This document shows positions 8,451 through 20,313 of a stretch of 64,000 nt of DNA, in pieces. The translations under genes and the position numbers were made by a program. Numbering within the stretch: position 1 is the stretch's first letter; each line of letters starts with the position of its first letter. The notes below the pieces were generated by a model that searched no databases, was not told the DNA's origin, and was given only the letters and a program-made list of their open reading frames with translations. Source of the stretch: an uncultured Latescibacterota bacterium (GTDB lineage Bacteria > Latescibacterota > UBA2968); contig OX638317.1 of the NCBI GenBank assembly GCA_951812545.1, positions 5,843,014 to 5,907,013 on the forward strand, written 5' to 3'.

Positions 8451-11171
8451 ATGGAGACGATGAAGAATAAAGCTTTGGAGCGTGCCTACGATCCAAAAGA
8501 TATTGAGAAGACGTGGTATGATTTCTGGTACAGGAAGGGATATTTTCGCCCGGAGTTTCGCGCGACAGGTCCCGCCTATACGGTGACGATTCCGCCGCCC
8601 AATGTGACGGGGGAGTTGCACATGGGTCACGCGCTACAGCACGCGATTCACGACGCGATGATTCGGTACAAGCGGATGCAGGGATTTCGCACGTTGTGTT
8701 TGCCCGGTACGGATCACGCGGGTATTGGCACACAGATGAAGGTGGAGCAAGAGATCTGGGAAAACGAAAAAAAGACGCGCCGCGAAATTGGGCGCAAAGC
8801 TTTGTTGAAGCGGATATGGGCCTGGCGGGAAAAATACGGCAGTACAATTTTGCGACAGTTGCGCGAGTTGGGCTGTAGTTATGACTGGTCGCGTGAGCGA
8901 TTTACAATGGATGAGGAGTACGTTCGGGCGGTGTTGGAGACATTCGTGCGTTTTTACGAGAAGGGCTGGATTTATCGGGGCAAACGCATGGTGAACTGGT
9001 GCCCACAGTGTGGTACTGTTATTTCCGACCTCGAGGTGGAAGAAAAAGAGGTCGATAGTCACCTGTGGCATATTCGGTACAAAGGGATAGATGATGCGCC
9101 CGATGTGGTTGTGGCGACAACGCGTCCGGAAACCATGCTGGGGGATACCGGGGTGGCGGTGCATCCATCTGATGTGCGATGGCGCGATGCCGTGGGTAAA
9201 ATGGTGATGTTGCCGCTTATGGAACGCCCCATTCCCATTGTGGCAGATGACTATGCCGATCCAGAAATGGGGAGCGGTGCAGTGAAGGTGACACCGGCAC
9301 ACGATCCCAATGATTACGAGATAGGACAGCGTCACGATTTACCCGAAATATCGGTTATTGGGCTGAACGGCCAGATGACGGAGAATGCGGGTGTTCACGC
9401 CGGGCAGGACCGGTATGCGTGTCGCAAGGCGGTAGTCGAGGCACTCGGCAATTTGGGTTTGATGGAAAAAATTGAGGATTATACCCACGCGGTGCCGCAT
9501 CACGATCGCTGTGGCACGGTGATTGAACCGATGCCAATGGAGCAGTGGTTTGTGGCGATGCGCGATTTGGCCGATTTGATTTTGCCCCTGATGCGCGAAA
9601 AAAAGATCGCTTATGTGCCGGATAGGTTTCGGGAATATTCGATTGAATGGCTGGAGAATATCCGCGACTGGTGTATTTCGAGGCAACTGTGGTGGGGACA
9701 TCGCATTCCGGTGTGGACGTGCGAAAATTGTAGTGAGGTGATTGTGAATGCAGAGCCGCCCGAAGTGTGTACAACGTGTGGCAGTCAGCAGTTGATGCAA
9801 GACCCGGATGTGCTCGATACGTGGTTTTCCTCGGCGCTGTGGCCTTTTGCAACACTGGGTTGGCCCGAAGATACAGAGGATTTGAAGCTGTTTCACCCGA
9901 CAGATTTGATGATTACGGGGCGGGATATTTTGTATCTGTGGGTGATTCGGATGATTATGACGGCTGTCGAATTTGTGGGCGAGATTCCGTTTCGGACGGT
10001 GCTGGTTCATCCAACAGTGCAAACGCGCGATGGCAAGCGCATGAGCAAGTCACTGGGTACTGGGATTGATCCGCGCGAATTGATCGAACGCTATGGCGCA
10101 GACGCCACGCGCCTGTCGCTTTTGTATCAATGCGGTAGTTCGCAGGATATTCGGTTCGATGCCGATGTGAAGGACAATAAGTTGCAAGATTCGCCTATCG
10201 CTGAAATGTGCCGCAATTTTTGCAACAAAATCTGGAATGCGGCGCGGTTTGTGCAAATGAATCTGGATGATCGCGATATCCGCGATGTGGCGTTGCAGAC
10301 GGTACCCAAGCCGGTTACAGACCTTTCTGATCGGTGGCTTTTGAGTTTGTACAATCGCACGGTGTTGCAGGTTACAGAGGCTTTGGAGGCGTATCGCTTT
10401 GACGAAGCGGCGCGTGCGCTATACGATTTTGTGTGGAGCGCGTATTGCGATTGGTATGTGGAGATGGCGAAAGTGCGCCTGTATGGCGATGATCCAATCG
10501 CCCGTCAAACTGCGCAGTCGATTTTGTGTGTTGTATTTGAAGGCACATTGCGCCTGCTACATCCTATCGCGCCTTTTATTTCTGAGGCGTTGTGGCAAAC
10601 ATTTCCACGCGAAGGCGAAGCACTTATTGTCGCGTCCTGGCCCAAATGCGACAAAACGCAATTTGATAAAGCAGCAGAGCGAGAAATGGCTTTGATGCGG
10701 GATGTGGTAGGTGCTGTGCGCCATATTCGAGGTACAATGCGTATTCCACCGGGCAAGCGCGTGGATGTGGTTTGTAAGACGAATTCTGAGGAGGCGCGTG
10801 CGATTTTGACGTCTGTTCAGGACTATATGAAGGCGTTGGGGCGCATTGAAAATTTGACCCTCGGTGCGGCTTTGGAACGCCCGGCAGCATCTGCGAGTGC
10901 TGTGGTTGGCGATGTGGAAATTTTTGTGCCTCTGGCCGGTGTGATTGATCTCACTGTGGAACGTCAGAGATTGGAGAAGGAGATTGGAGGATTGGAAAAG
11001 GCGCTGGGCGGATTGGAAAAGAAGTTGAGCAATGCGGGTTTTTTGAACAATGCCCCCGCAGAGGTCGTGACAAAAGAGCGCGAGCGCGAGCGCGAGTATC
11101 GAGATACACTGTCGAAGTTGCGGGAAAATCTCGCGGTTCTTTCAGAGGGAGACTCAAATGTCGAGCGTTAG
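8451..11171 (+). CDS. valS: valine--tRNA ligase
   Basis: 906 aa. Has class I HIGH motif (PPPNVTGELHMGHA), KMSKS (GKRMSKSLG) and a C-terminal coiled coil. Confidence 0.95.
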   Translation: METMKNKALERAYDPKDIEKTWYDFWYRKGYFRPEFRATGPAYTVTIPPPNVTGELHMGHALQHAIHDAMIRYKRMQGFRTLCLPGTDHAGIGTQMKVEQEIWENEKKTRREIGRKALLKRIWAWREKYGSTILRQLRELGCSYDWSRERFTMDEEYVRAVLETFVRFYEKGWIYRGKRMVNWCPQCGTVISDLEVEEKEVDSHLWHIRYKGIDDAPDVVVATTRPETMLGDTGVAVHPSDVRWRDAVGKMVMLPLMERPIPIVADDYADPEMGSGAVKVTPAHDPNDYEIGQRHDLPEISVIGLNGQMTENAGVHAGQDRYACRKAVVEALGNLGLMEKIEDYTHAVPHHDRCGTVIEPMPMEQWFVAMRDLADLILPLMREKKIAYVPDRFREYSIEWLENIRDWCISRQLWWGHRIPVWTCENCSEVIVNAEPPEVCTTCGSQQLMQDPDVLDTWFSSALWPFATLGWPEDTEDLKLFHPTDLMITGRDILYLWVIRMIMTAVEFVGEIPFRTVLVHPTVQTRDGKRMSKSLGTGIDPRELIERYGADATRLSLLYQCGSSQDIRFDADVKDNKLQDSPIAEMCRNFCNKIWNAARFVQMNLDDRDIRDVALQTVPKPVTDLSDRWLLSLYNRTVLQVTEALEAYRFDEAARALYDFVWSAYCDWYVEMAKVRLYGDDPIARQTAQSILCVVFEGTLRLLHPIAPFISEALWQTFPREGEALIVASWPKCDKTQFDKAAEREMALMRDVVGAVRHIRGTMRIPPGKRVDVVCKTNSEEARAILTSVQDYMKALGRIENLTLGAALERPAASASAVVGDVEIFVPLAGVIDLTVERQRLEKEIGGLEKALGGLEKKLSNAGFLNNAPAEVVTKEREREREYRDTLSKLRENLAVLSEGDSNVER

Positions 11172-12156
11172 ATTTGGTATTATGGGATTGGGGCGCGGCC
11201 GCGCAGCAGCAAAACAGGTGGCAGCAGCAGAGGGCAGCGCGTTGGTTTGCGTGTGCGATTTACAGGAAGACAAGGCCGTGGAGCAGGCCGAAGAGTATGG
11301 ATGCGACTGGACGACGAATTACAAGGCGATGTTTGCGCGCGATGATATCGATGTGATCGGTATCTATACGTCCAGTGGCACGCATTGCGATTATGCCATT
11401 GAAGCGATAGAAGCAGGCAAACATGCATTTGTCACCAAGCCGATGGATATTCTCGTAGAAAAGTGCGATGCGGCGATTCAGGCGGCAAAAGATGCGGGGA
11501 AGGTTCTGGCAGTGGATTTTGGGAATCGCTATTCTAAGGAAAACCAGCAATTGAAGGCCGCCATTGATCAGGGGATTATTGGACAGATTTTTTTGGGTGA
11601 TGTGAAGATGAAGTGGTGGCGCGAGCAGAGCTATTACAATGGGGGCTTTCCCCTGGGGTGGCGTAGCCGCAAAGAGACGGAGGGCGGCTCGATAGCCAAT
11701 CAGGGTGTGCATTTTGTCGATCTCATCTGCTGGTTGCTAGGTCCGGTAAAGGAAGTTTATGGGCGTAGTGCAACCATGACACACGATATTGAAACGGAAG
11801 ATATTACAATTGCACAGTTGACATTTCAAAGCGGCGCGTGGGGGCTGATTACGACCACGACATCGAGTTATCCAAATTTGGGGACACAAGTGGAGATCAG
11901 CGGCACGGACGGCACTGTCCGGTGGGATCAACGCGGCGGTATAGAAGTGATGACAAAGGATGAGAATTTGGTAGATTTGAGCCGTTTTGAAGTGCCCGAT
12001 GCGCCTGCCGATATTGCAGAGGATATGGTTTCTGCTATCACCAAAGGCACGTCTCCTGTGGTGTCGGGCGAAGAGGGCCGAAAGTCTGTTGAGCTTTTTT
12101 GTGCGGCTTATGAGTCTTCAAAATCGGGTTCCACTGTGGTTATTGATCAGCGGTGA
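11158..12156 (+). CDS. Gfo/Idh/MocA family oxidoreductase
   Basis: 332 aa. N-terminal Rossmann VRFGIMGLGRG and an EKP-like KHAFVTKPM motif typical of the family. Substrate is unknown. Confidence 0.8.
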   Translation: MSSVRFGIMGLGRGRAAAKQVAAAEGSALVCVCDLQEDKAVEQAEEYGCDWTTNYKAMFARDDIDVIGIYTSSGTHCDYAIEAIEAGKHAFVTKPMDILVEKCDAAIQAAKDAGKVLAVDFGNRYSKENQQLKAAIDQGIIGQIFLGDVKMKWWREQSYYNGGFPLGWRSRKETEGGSIANQGVHFVDLICWLLGPVKEVYGRSATMTHDIETEDITIAQLTFQSGAWGLITTTTSSYPNLGTQVEISGTDGTVRWDQRGGIEVMTKDENLVDLSRFEVPDAPADIAEDMVSAITKGTSPVVSGEEGRKSVELFCAAYESSKSGSTVVIDQR

Positions 12157-12171
12157 TATGCGGTTTCAAAC

Positions 12172-12651
12172 ATGTCTGAACATTTGGAAGTAAAGCTCGG
12201 AAAATTGCTTCGAGAACGAGGCTGGACTATTGCAGTCGCAGAAACCACAACAGGGGGGTTGATCAGCGCCCGCATTGTTTCGGTTCCGGGTAGTTCGGCT
12301 TATTATGAGCGGGGGGTTATTGCGTATAGCGCGTTGTCCAAATGCGATATGCTGGGGATAGATGTGGAGGTGATGGATACGTACGGTGCAGTGAGCGCAG
12401 AAGCCGCGTGCGCAATGGCCAAAGGCGTGCGAAAAGTGAGTGGTGCAGATTTGGGCTTGGCCGAGACCGGGATCGCAGGTCCCATTCGCGGTCGGTCGGC
12501 TAAGCCCATCGGTACGGCGTATATCGCACTTGCCGGTGCAGAAGGTGTGGTGTGTAAAGATTTTCGATTTGATGGGGGGCGCGATGCGATTCGCAATGAG
12601 ATATCAGATGCTGCCTTGCAAATGGTGATTGAGGCGGGAGAAAACAGTTGA
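12172..12651 (+). CDS. CinA C-terminal domain / nicotinamide-nucleotide amidohydrolase PncC family
   Basis: 159 aa. IAVAETTTGGLISARIVSVPGSSAYYERGVIAYS and AETGIAGP match the CinA_C fold. Confidence 0.8.
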   Translation: MSEHLEVKLGKLLRERGWTIAVAETTTGGLISARIVSVPGSSAYYERGVIAYSALSKCDMLGIDVEVMDTYGAVSAEAACAMAKGVRKVSGADLGLAETGIAGPIRGRSAKPIGTAYIALAGAEGVVCKDFRFDGGRDAIRNEISDAALQMVIEAGENS

Positions 12652-12847
12652 TAACTGATAACCGATGTTACGCAGTTTAAAAAAAAAGCTTCATTTTACC
12701 ACCATATATTGTATATCTTATTTCAAATAAATCACAAGATATAGAGTCGCTGCATAATATCAATTGATAACTTGATTTTTTGCGCGTTCAGCCGTATTTT
12801 CAGTGCCCTGCGCGATATTCAATGAGTTTTGGGTTTTGGAGGTTTGT

Positions 12848-13198
12848 ATGAGAATTTCGGAAAAGATCCGCGGCGATGTCGTTGTCTTAACCCTGTCGGG
12901 TGAATTGATGAGCGGTCCCGAAGTTGCCCCATTTCAAGATCATATTAAAAAACTTGTAAATGAAGGTATAAAAAAAGTGGTGGTTGATTTTTCCAGGGTG
13001 AGATGGTTTGGCAGTGCCATGTTGGGCGTGCTAACGGCGAGTTTGACGACGCTGCGCGGTGAAGGCGGCGATTTGAGATTGACGGGCGTTACCAGGAAGA
13101 TTGAAAGTATTTTGATGGTTACGCAGTTGGCGAATATTTTTAAGACCCTACCTACGGTAGATCGAGCCGTGGAAAGTTTTGCAGATAATGACGCATAG
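12848..13198 (+). CDS. STAS domain protein (anti-sigma factor antagonist family), copy 1
   Basis: Start moved to ATG 12848 behind GGAGG. STAS pattern: VVVLTLSGELMSG, VVDFSRVRWFGSAMLGVL, GGDLRL. Confidence 0.75.
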   Translation: MRISEKIRGDVVVLTLSGELMSGPEVAPFQDHIKKLVNEGIKKVVVDFSRVRWFGSAMLGVLTASLTTLRGEGGDLRLTGVTRKIESILMVTQLANIFKTLPTVDRAVESFADNDA

Positions 13199-13246
13199 CA
13201 ATTTTTTTTGGTCGTTCAATTTTTGGAAGAGTTGTGCGCAAAATTG

Positions 13247-13612
13247 ATGAGAGTGAAAGTTGACATTCGCGATCACGTCGCGGTTTTGACTGTATCGGGT
13301 ACCCTGATGAGCGGTCCTACAGTCGTTCCTTTTCAGCACTATGTCGAAGAGGTCATGGCCGATGGCATTACAAATGTCGTGGTCGATTTTTCCAGGGTGA
13401 GATGGTTTGGCAGCACGATGTTAGGCGTGTTGGCGGTCAGCCTGGAGATGTTGAGAAATGCCGGGGGCGATCTCAGGTTGGCTGGCATTGCAAACCGGAT
13501 GGAGAGTTTGATGATGGTCGGAAAATTGTCGTCGCATTTTCGCACGTTGGAATCCGTTGATGCGGCTATCGAAAGCTTTGTATCCGATCCACCGGTGAGA
13601 CGAGAAACGTAA
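13247..13612 (+). CDS. STAS domain protein (anti-sigma factor antagonist family), copy 2
   Basis: Start moved to ATG 13247. Collinear paralogue of 12848-13198: VAVLTVSGTLMSG, VVDFSRVRWFGSTMLGVL, GGDLRL. Confidence 0.75.
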   Translation: MRVKVDIRDHVAVLTVSGTLMSGPTVVPFQHYVEEVMADGITNVVVDFSRVRWFGSTMLGVLAVSLEMLRNAGGDLRLAGIANRMESLMMVGKLSSHFRTLESVDAAIESFVSDPPVRRET

Positions 13613-13652
13613 ATTGCCCCAAAATTATCATCCGTATTTCGCAAACAAAAAA

Positions 13653-13685
13653 GGGGTGCGATTATATCGCAATCCCTTCTTCTTT
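13653..13685 (+). terminator. putative intrinsic terminator after the STAS pair
   Basis: Imperfect hairpin GGGGTGCGAT-TAT-ATCGCAATCCC followed by the T-rich run TTCTTCTTT. Confidence 0.4.
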
Positions 13686-13759
13686 GGGAGGCAAATACCG
13701 CAAAGTAATCCCTCATCGGCCCGGCGATGAGGCTACATTATTGAAAGGAGACCCATCGT

Positions 13760-15892
13760 ATGTTGCATCGTATAATCCCCCTAGCACTGATGTTCTTATG
13801 TGCTTTTGTACAGTGCAGCGAAAAACAACCCATATCTGCACCACCCAAATACACCGGCGATCTTCCGCAATTGCAGGCTCGCGGCGCGTTGCGGGTAATC
13901 GTCCGTCCAGATCCAATCACCTATATGCCCCGGCAGGCGGAACAAGTGACGCTCAACTACGATATTGCCCGCGGTCTGGCCGAAGTACTCAAGCTGAATC
14001 TGGAGATTGTAAAGGTCACAAGTTATTCACAGATGATGGAAAAATTACTGATAGGCGAGGGCGATATTGTCGCCTCCAGCCTGACAATTACGCCAGAGCG
14101 GGAAGCGCATGCGGCGTTTTCAGTGCCATATCTCTACGTGGATGAATATCTGGTTACGGCGTCTGGTGACAGTTTGCCCGAGAAAATTGTAGATCTCGCT
14201 GGTATGGCGATCAGCGTGCGGCGGTCCAGTTCGTACTATCAGACCCTGGTCAAAATTCAGCAACAGGTTCCGTCTTTGAACATCCACACTGTACCGGAAA
14301 CGCTCAGTATCGAGAACTTGCTGGAAGGGGTTGCAAGCGGCAAATACGCAGCGACCGTATCCGACGCGCATTTGTGGCACGCCCTGTCTGGCTATTACGA
14401 CAGTTTGGTCACGCCGATAGTACTGGCTGAAGATCGTCCGCTCGCCCTGATGATGCGCCCAGGCGATACACAGCTCAAGGTCAAGGTAGATGAGTATTTG
14501 CTGGCACATCAATTTACGCGCCACCGCCAGCAGACATTTACTGACGATCTGACGGGCCTGAAAGAACGCCGTCGGTTGCGGATGATCACGCGCAATAATG
14601 CGATGACGTATTTTATTTATCGGGGGCAGCAGATAGGGTTCGAATACGAGCTTATGAAGCGATTTGCCTCGCAGCACGACCTGCGTCTCGAAATTGTCAT
14701 CCCGAATAGTCACGCCGAATTGTTGTCGTATTTGAATGAAGGTAGGGGCGATGTCGTAGCTTCGGCAATGACCATCACTGAGGTGCGGCAAGAGCAGGCG
14801 GCATTTACGCAACCCTATAATGAAGTGAGTGAACTGGTGGTGGTACATGCGGATGGCGATTCGATTGCCAGCTTTCAGGATTTGGCCGGGCGGACGATAC
14901 ATGTGCGCGCCAGTTCTTCGTTTTATACGACTCTGATGGCGTTGCAGGATTCCATCAAAGGTCTTGAGATCGCGTTGGTGCCCGACAATGTAGAAACCGA
15001 AGATATTTTAGCCGGGGTTGAAGAGGGTCTTTATGACCTCACGCTGTGCGATTCCAATTTGCTCGATATAGAACGCGCTTATGGACGCCGCCTCAAAGCC
15101 GCTTTGAGTATAAAGCCCACAGCGCTGGGCTGGGCGGTTCGCAAGGACAATTCAGACTTGCTGGCGGCACTCAACGAATATATAAAAGAAGAAAAAGGCG
15201 GTTTGTTTTTTAATATAATGAAAAAGAGGTATTTTAAGAGCACGCGCGCTGTCGCCAGAGCCAAAGACTCAATGCGGGTCGGGCTGAGCGGTCAGTTGTC
15301 GCCTTATGATGAATTGGCAAAAAAATATGCCTCTCAATACGGACAGGACTGGCGGTTGATTACCGCACAGATGTACCAGGAATCCAGATTCGATCCAGCG
15401 GCTGTTAGTTGGGTCGGCGCGCAGGGGCTGATGCAGGTGATGCCGAGCACGGGAGAGGATTTGGGTTTTACCGATCTTCACGAACCTCAGGAGAGCATAC
15501 ACGCGGGGGTGAAGTACATGCACCAGCTCATTAACCGGTTCGATCACAAGCTCCCGATGGAAGTGCGGATTCGATTTGCGCTGGCCTCTTATAATGTGGG
15601 ATACGGCCATGTGCTCGATGCCCGTCGCCTGGCGCGGGAAATGGGATGGGATCCCAACCGCTGGTTTGGTAATGTGGAACAGGCGATGCGCTTGCTGTCC
15701 CAACCGGACTACTACGAGCGGGCGCGATACGGTTTCTGCCGAGGCGGTCAGCCCGTACACTATGTCAAAAATATTCAGAATTTCTACGATGCTTATGTCG
15801 AAATCCTGAATACGACAATACCTGCAAAGGCAACTCAGCCGCTTAGCTCGGGCTTCTTTGGATCTCCGCCTGCTACAGAAGATCGTCGCTGA
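13760..15892 (+). CDS. mltF: membrane-bound lytic murein transglycosylase F-like lipoprotein (two SBP_bac_3-like domains + SLT domain)
   Basis: 710 aa. Lipobox LCAFVQC. Two tandem type 3 solute-binding-like domains. C-terminal SLT catalytic region MYQESRFDPAAVSWVGAQGLMQVMPST. Confidence 0.8.
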   Translation: MLHRIIPLALMFLCAFVQCSEKQPISAPPKYTGDLPQLQARGALRVIVRPDPITYMPRQAEQVTLNYDIARGLAEVLKLNLEIVKVTSYSQMMEKLLIGEGDIVASSLTITPEREAHAAFSVPYLYVDEYLVTASGDSLPEKIVDLAGMAISVRRSSSYYQTLVKIQQQVPSLNIHTVPETLSIENLLEGVASGKYAATVSDAHLWHALSGYYDSLVTPIVLAEDRPLALMMRPGDTQLKVKVDEYLLAHQFTRHRQQTFTDDLTGLKERRRLRMITRNNAMTYFIYRGQQIGFEYELMKRFASQHDLRLEIVIPNSHAELLSYLNEGRGDVVASAMTITEVRQEQAAFTQPYNEVSELVVVHADGDSIASFQDLAGRTIHVRASSSFYTTLMALQDSIKGLEIALVPDNVETEDILAGVEEGLYDLTLCDSNLLDIERAYGRRLKAALSIKPTALGWAVRKDNSDLLAALNEYIKEEKGGLFFNIMKKRYFKSTRAVARAKDSMRVGLSGQLSPYDELAKKYASQYGQDWRLITAQMYQESRFDPAAVSWVGAQGLMQVMPSTGEDLGFTDLHEPQESIHAGVKYMHQLINRFDHKLPMEVRIRFALASYNVGYGHVLDARRLAREMGWDPNRWFGNVEQAMRLLSQPDYYERARYGFCRGGQPVHYVKNIQNFYDAYVEILNTTIPAKATQPLSSGFFGSPPATEDRR

Positions 15893-15909
15893 GGCGCCAC
15901 CCCTTTTTT

Positions 15910-15943
15910 CAGGTAGTGCTCTGTTTTTTTAGAGCACTACCTG
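15910..15943. terminator. bidirectional intrinsic terminator between convergent mltF and thiC
   Basis: Perfect 13-bp stem CAGGTAGTGCTCT / AGAGCACTACCTG around a GTTTTTTT loop, with T/A runs on both sides. Confidence 0.7.
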
Positions 15944-15977
15944 TTCTTATTTCTCGGTTTTATTTTTCCTTTCTGCC

Positions 15978-17985
<2,008 letters not shown>

Positions 17986-17994
17986 GGATGGTGA

Positions 17995-18032
17995 GACCAC
18001 TTTTCGACTCTATGCGAAGGGTGGTTTTTTTT
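17995..18032 (+). terminator. attenuator terminator (expression platform of the thiO TPP riboswitch)
   Basis: Hairpin ACCACTTTTCG...CGAAGGGTGG followed by TTTTTTTT, 12 nt before the thiO start. Confidence 0.6.
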
Positions 18033-18043
18033 ACCTTGAGGTT

Positions 18044-19183
18044 GTGATGGCACAAAAGCGCGTGCTCATTGTGGGTGGTGGGGCGATTGGGCTAGCGATT
18101 GGCTGGCGGTTGGCGCGTGCGGGGTCTGCTGTGGTTCTGTTTGATCGGGGCCGCGTTGGGCACTCGGCGAGTTGGGCTTCAGCGGGTATGTTGTCGCCGC
18201 TGTCAGAGGTGCAATTTGAAGAGGAAGATCTGTTGCATCTCGGCCTGAAGGGGCTGGCGGTTTATCCTGAATTTGTTGGTGAATTGGAGGCCGATACCGG
18301 GTGCTGCGTGGGCTATCGCCGCGATGGGGTGCTGCTGGTGGGCATTACGCAAGACGATCTGGAGTACTTAAAATTTCGGTATCACTATCAGCGCGATTTG
18401 GGATTGTCTGTGACCTATCTCTCGGGCGATGGGGCGCGGGAACGAGAGCCGCACTTGTCGGCTCAAGTGAGTGCTGCTGTGTGGTGTCCAGGCGATCATC
18501 AAGTGGATAATCGGCGTCTGGTAATGGCATTGAAGAAGGGGCTTGTGGCGGCAGGTGGCGAGGTGTTTGAAGAGATGGGGGTAGATGAACTTTTGATAGA
18601 TGGGACGCGTGTGCGCGGGGTGCGAGTTGGCGAAGAAATTTTCGAGGGCGATACAGTGGTGTTGGCTTCGGGATGCTGGTCGCGTCTGATACCGGGTTTG
18701 CCCGATTGTGCCAGGCCTCCGGTGCGCCCCGTGCGCGGGCAGATTATGCGCCTGGCCCTGACGGAGGATTTTGCGCTCAATACAATGGTCTGGTATTCGC
18801 GGGTGGCGACTTCTACGGTGGCGTATCTCGTGCCGAAGGATAATGGGCATCTCGTTTTGGGGGCTACGTCAGAAGAGATGGGGTTTGATGAAGATGTGAC
18901 CGCAGGGGGGATGTTTGAGTTGTTGCGCGCCGCATGGGAAGTGGTGCCGGGGGTTTACGATTTGCCCATGGTTGAGTCCACGGCGGGGTTGCGTCCTGGT
19001 AGCCGGGATGATGCGCCTATTTTGGGCGAGACGCCTGTTGAGGGTTTAATTATGGCAACAGGCCATTATAGGAAGGGTATTTTGCTGACGCCGTTGACTG
19101 CGCTATCTATTGCCGAAGTGATTTTGGAGGGGCGTACCCCAGCACTTATTCGGCCTTTTGGGATTGACCGATTTGGATTATGA
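18044..19183 (+). CDS. thiO: glycine oxidase ThiO (FAD-dependent)
   Basis: 379 aa. DAO-family FAD fold VLIVGGGAIGLAIGWRLARAG. It sits directly before thiS-thiG under a TPP riboswitch. Confidence 0.85.
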   Translation: MMAQKRVLIVGGGAIGLAIGWRLARAGSAVVLFDRGRVGHSASWASAGMLSPLSEVQFEEEDLLHLGLKGLAVYPEFVGELEADTGCCVGYRRDGVLLVGITQDDLEYLKFRYHYQRDLGLSVTYLSGDGAREREPHLSAQVSAAVWCPGDHQVDNRRLVMALKKGLVAAGGEVFEEMGVDELLIDGTRVRGVRVGEEIFEGDTVVLASGCWSRLIPGLPDCARPPVRPVRGQIMRLALTEDFALNTMVWYSRVATSTVAYLVPKDNGHLVLGATSEEMGFDEDVTAGGMFELLRAAWEVVPGVYDLPMVESTAGLRPGSRDDAPILGETPVEGLIMATGHYRKGILLTPLTALSIAEVILEGRTPALIRPFGIDRFGL

Positions 19184-19186
19184 CCC

Positions 19187-19393
19187 ATGCAACTTATAGT
19201 GAATGGTCAAAAGCAATCAGTGGATGATGCGTCAACGCTGCTCGATTTGCTGATTGAGATGAATTTTAAAGCCGAACAAAAAGGTATTGCCGTGGCTGTA
19301 AATGCCGAGGTCATAGCGCGGGCGATGTGGGCAGATATGCGGTTGTGCAATGGTGATCGGGTGGATATTATTCACGCGGTTCAGGGGGGGTAG
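19187..19393 (+). CDS. thiS: sulfur carrier protein ThiS
   Basis: 68 aa, ubiquitin-like size, ends in the diagnostic Gly-Gly (AVQGG-stop). Lies between thiO and thiG. Confidence 0.85.
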   Translation: MQLIVNGQKQSVDDASTLLDLLIEMNFKAEQKGIAVAVNAEVIARAMWADMRLCNGDRVDIIHAVQGG

Positions 19394-19427
19394 ATTGGGG
19401 ATAGTGGGGAATAACAGTGAGGGTATT

Positions 19428-20204
19428 ATGACAGGCGATTTTAAGATGGCAGGCGTAACATATCGTTCACGGCTGTTGATAGGCACTGCACATTATCCCA
19501 ATATGCAGGTGATGCTGAAGTCCGTGGAAGTCAGTGGCGCGGAGATTGTGACGGTGGGCATTCGGCGGCTCAATATGAATGACGAATCTGGCGAGGGTGT
19601 TCTCGATTTGCTCGATCGATCGCGATACACCATTTTGCCAAATACTGCCGGATGTTTTACAGCTCAAGACGCGGTGCTTACTGCGCGGTTGGCCCGTGAA
19701 GCACTGGAAACCGATCTGATTAAGTTAGAGGTGATTGGGGATGAACGCACGTTGTTTCCGGATGTGGTGGGGTTGCTACAAGCAGCCGAGATCCTGGTGA
19801 ATGATGGGTTTACTGTGTTGCCCTATTGCAATGACGATCCGATTACCTGTAAGAAGCTGGAAGATCTGGGGTGCGCCGCTGTGATGCCTCTGGGGGCGCC
19901 CATTGGTTCGGGAATGGGGATTCGCAATCCGTACAATATTCAGATTATTCTGGATTCGGTCAATGTGCCGGTTATTGTCGATGCGGGTGTGGGGACCGCC
20001 TCGGACGCTGCTCTGGCGATGGAATTGGGTTGTGATGGCGTGTTGTTGAATACGGCAGTGGCAGGTGCTCGGCATCCGGTGAAGATGGCGATGGCTATGA
20101 AAAAGGGGGTTGAAGCTGGGCGGTATGCTTTTGAAGCTGGGCGGATTCCCAGGAAGCAGTACGCAACGGCTTCGACGGCGATGGAAGGACGGGTGGAAGT
20201 GTGA
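19428..20204 (+). CDS. thiG: thiazole synthase ThiG
   Basis: Start moved to ATG 19428 ([23 protein letters not shown]). Conserved [27 protein letters not shown] and [13 protein letters not shown]. Confidence 0.9.
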   Translation: MTGDFKMAGVTYRSRLLIGTAHYPNMQVMLKSVEVSGAEIVTVGIRRLNMNDESGEGVLDLLDRSRYTILPNTAGCFTAQDAVLTARLAREALETDLIKLEVIGDERTLFPDVVGLLQAAEILVNDGFTVLPYCNDDPITCKKLEDLGCAAVMPLGAPIGSGMGIRNPYNIQIILDSVNVPVIVDAGVGTASDAALAMELGCDGVLLNTAVAGARHPVKMAMAMKKGVEAGRYAFEAGRIPRKQYATASTAMEGRVEV

Positions 20205-20313
20205 TCCGCAGAAAAAAACGCGAATAATTTGAGCGTTTTTCGCAGATGAACGCAGATAAAAAAGAGGGGCTGGGGTGTGCGGGCTGACTACTGACTACTG
20301 ACTGCGAAATGTT

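Noticed and set aside
8634-10022. 233-aa and 227-aa ORFs antisense to valS.
   Set aside because: They are shadow ORFs within an unambiguous aminoacyl-tRNA synthetase gene. There are no start-site signals, and the composition is typical of reverse-frame translation.
13684-14145. 153-aa ORF overlapping the mltF start region.
   Set aside because: It is out of frame with, and largely inside, the MltF-like gene. The Arg/Ser/Gly-rich translation looks spurious.
14636-14647. GGGTTCGAATAC, resembling a tRNA T-arm/T-loop.
   Set aside because: It lies inside the mltF coding frame. No acceptor or anticodon arms can be built around it. No tRNA genes were found anywhere in the window.
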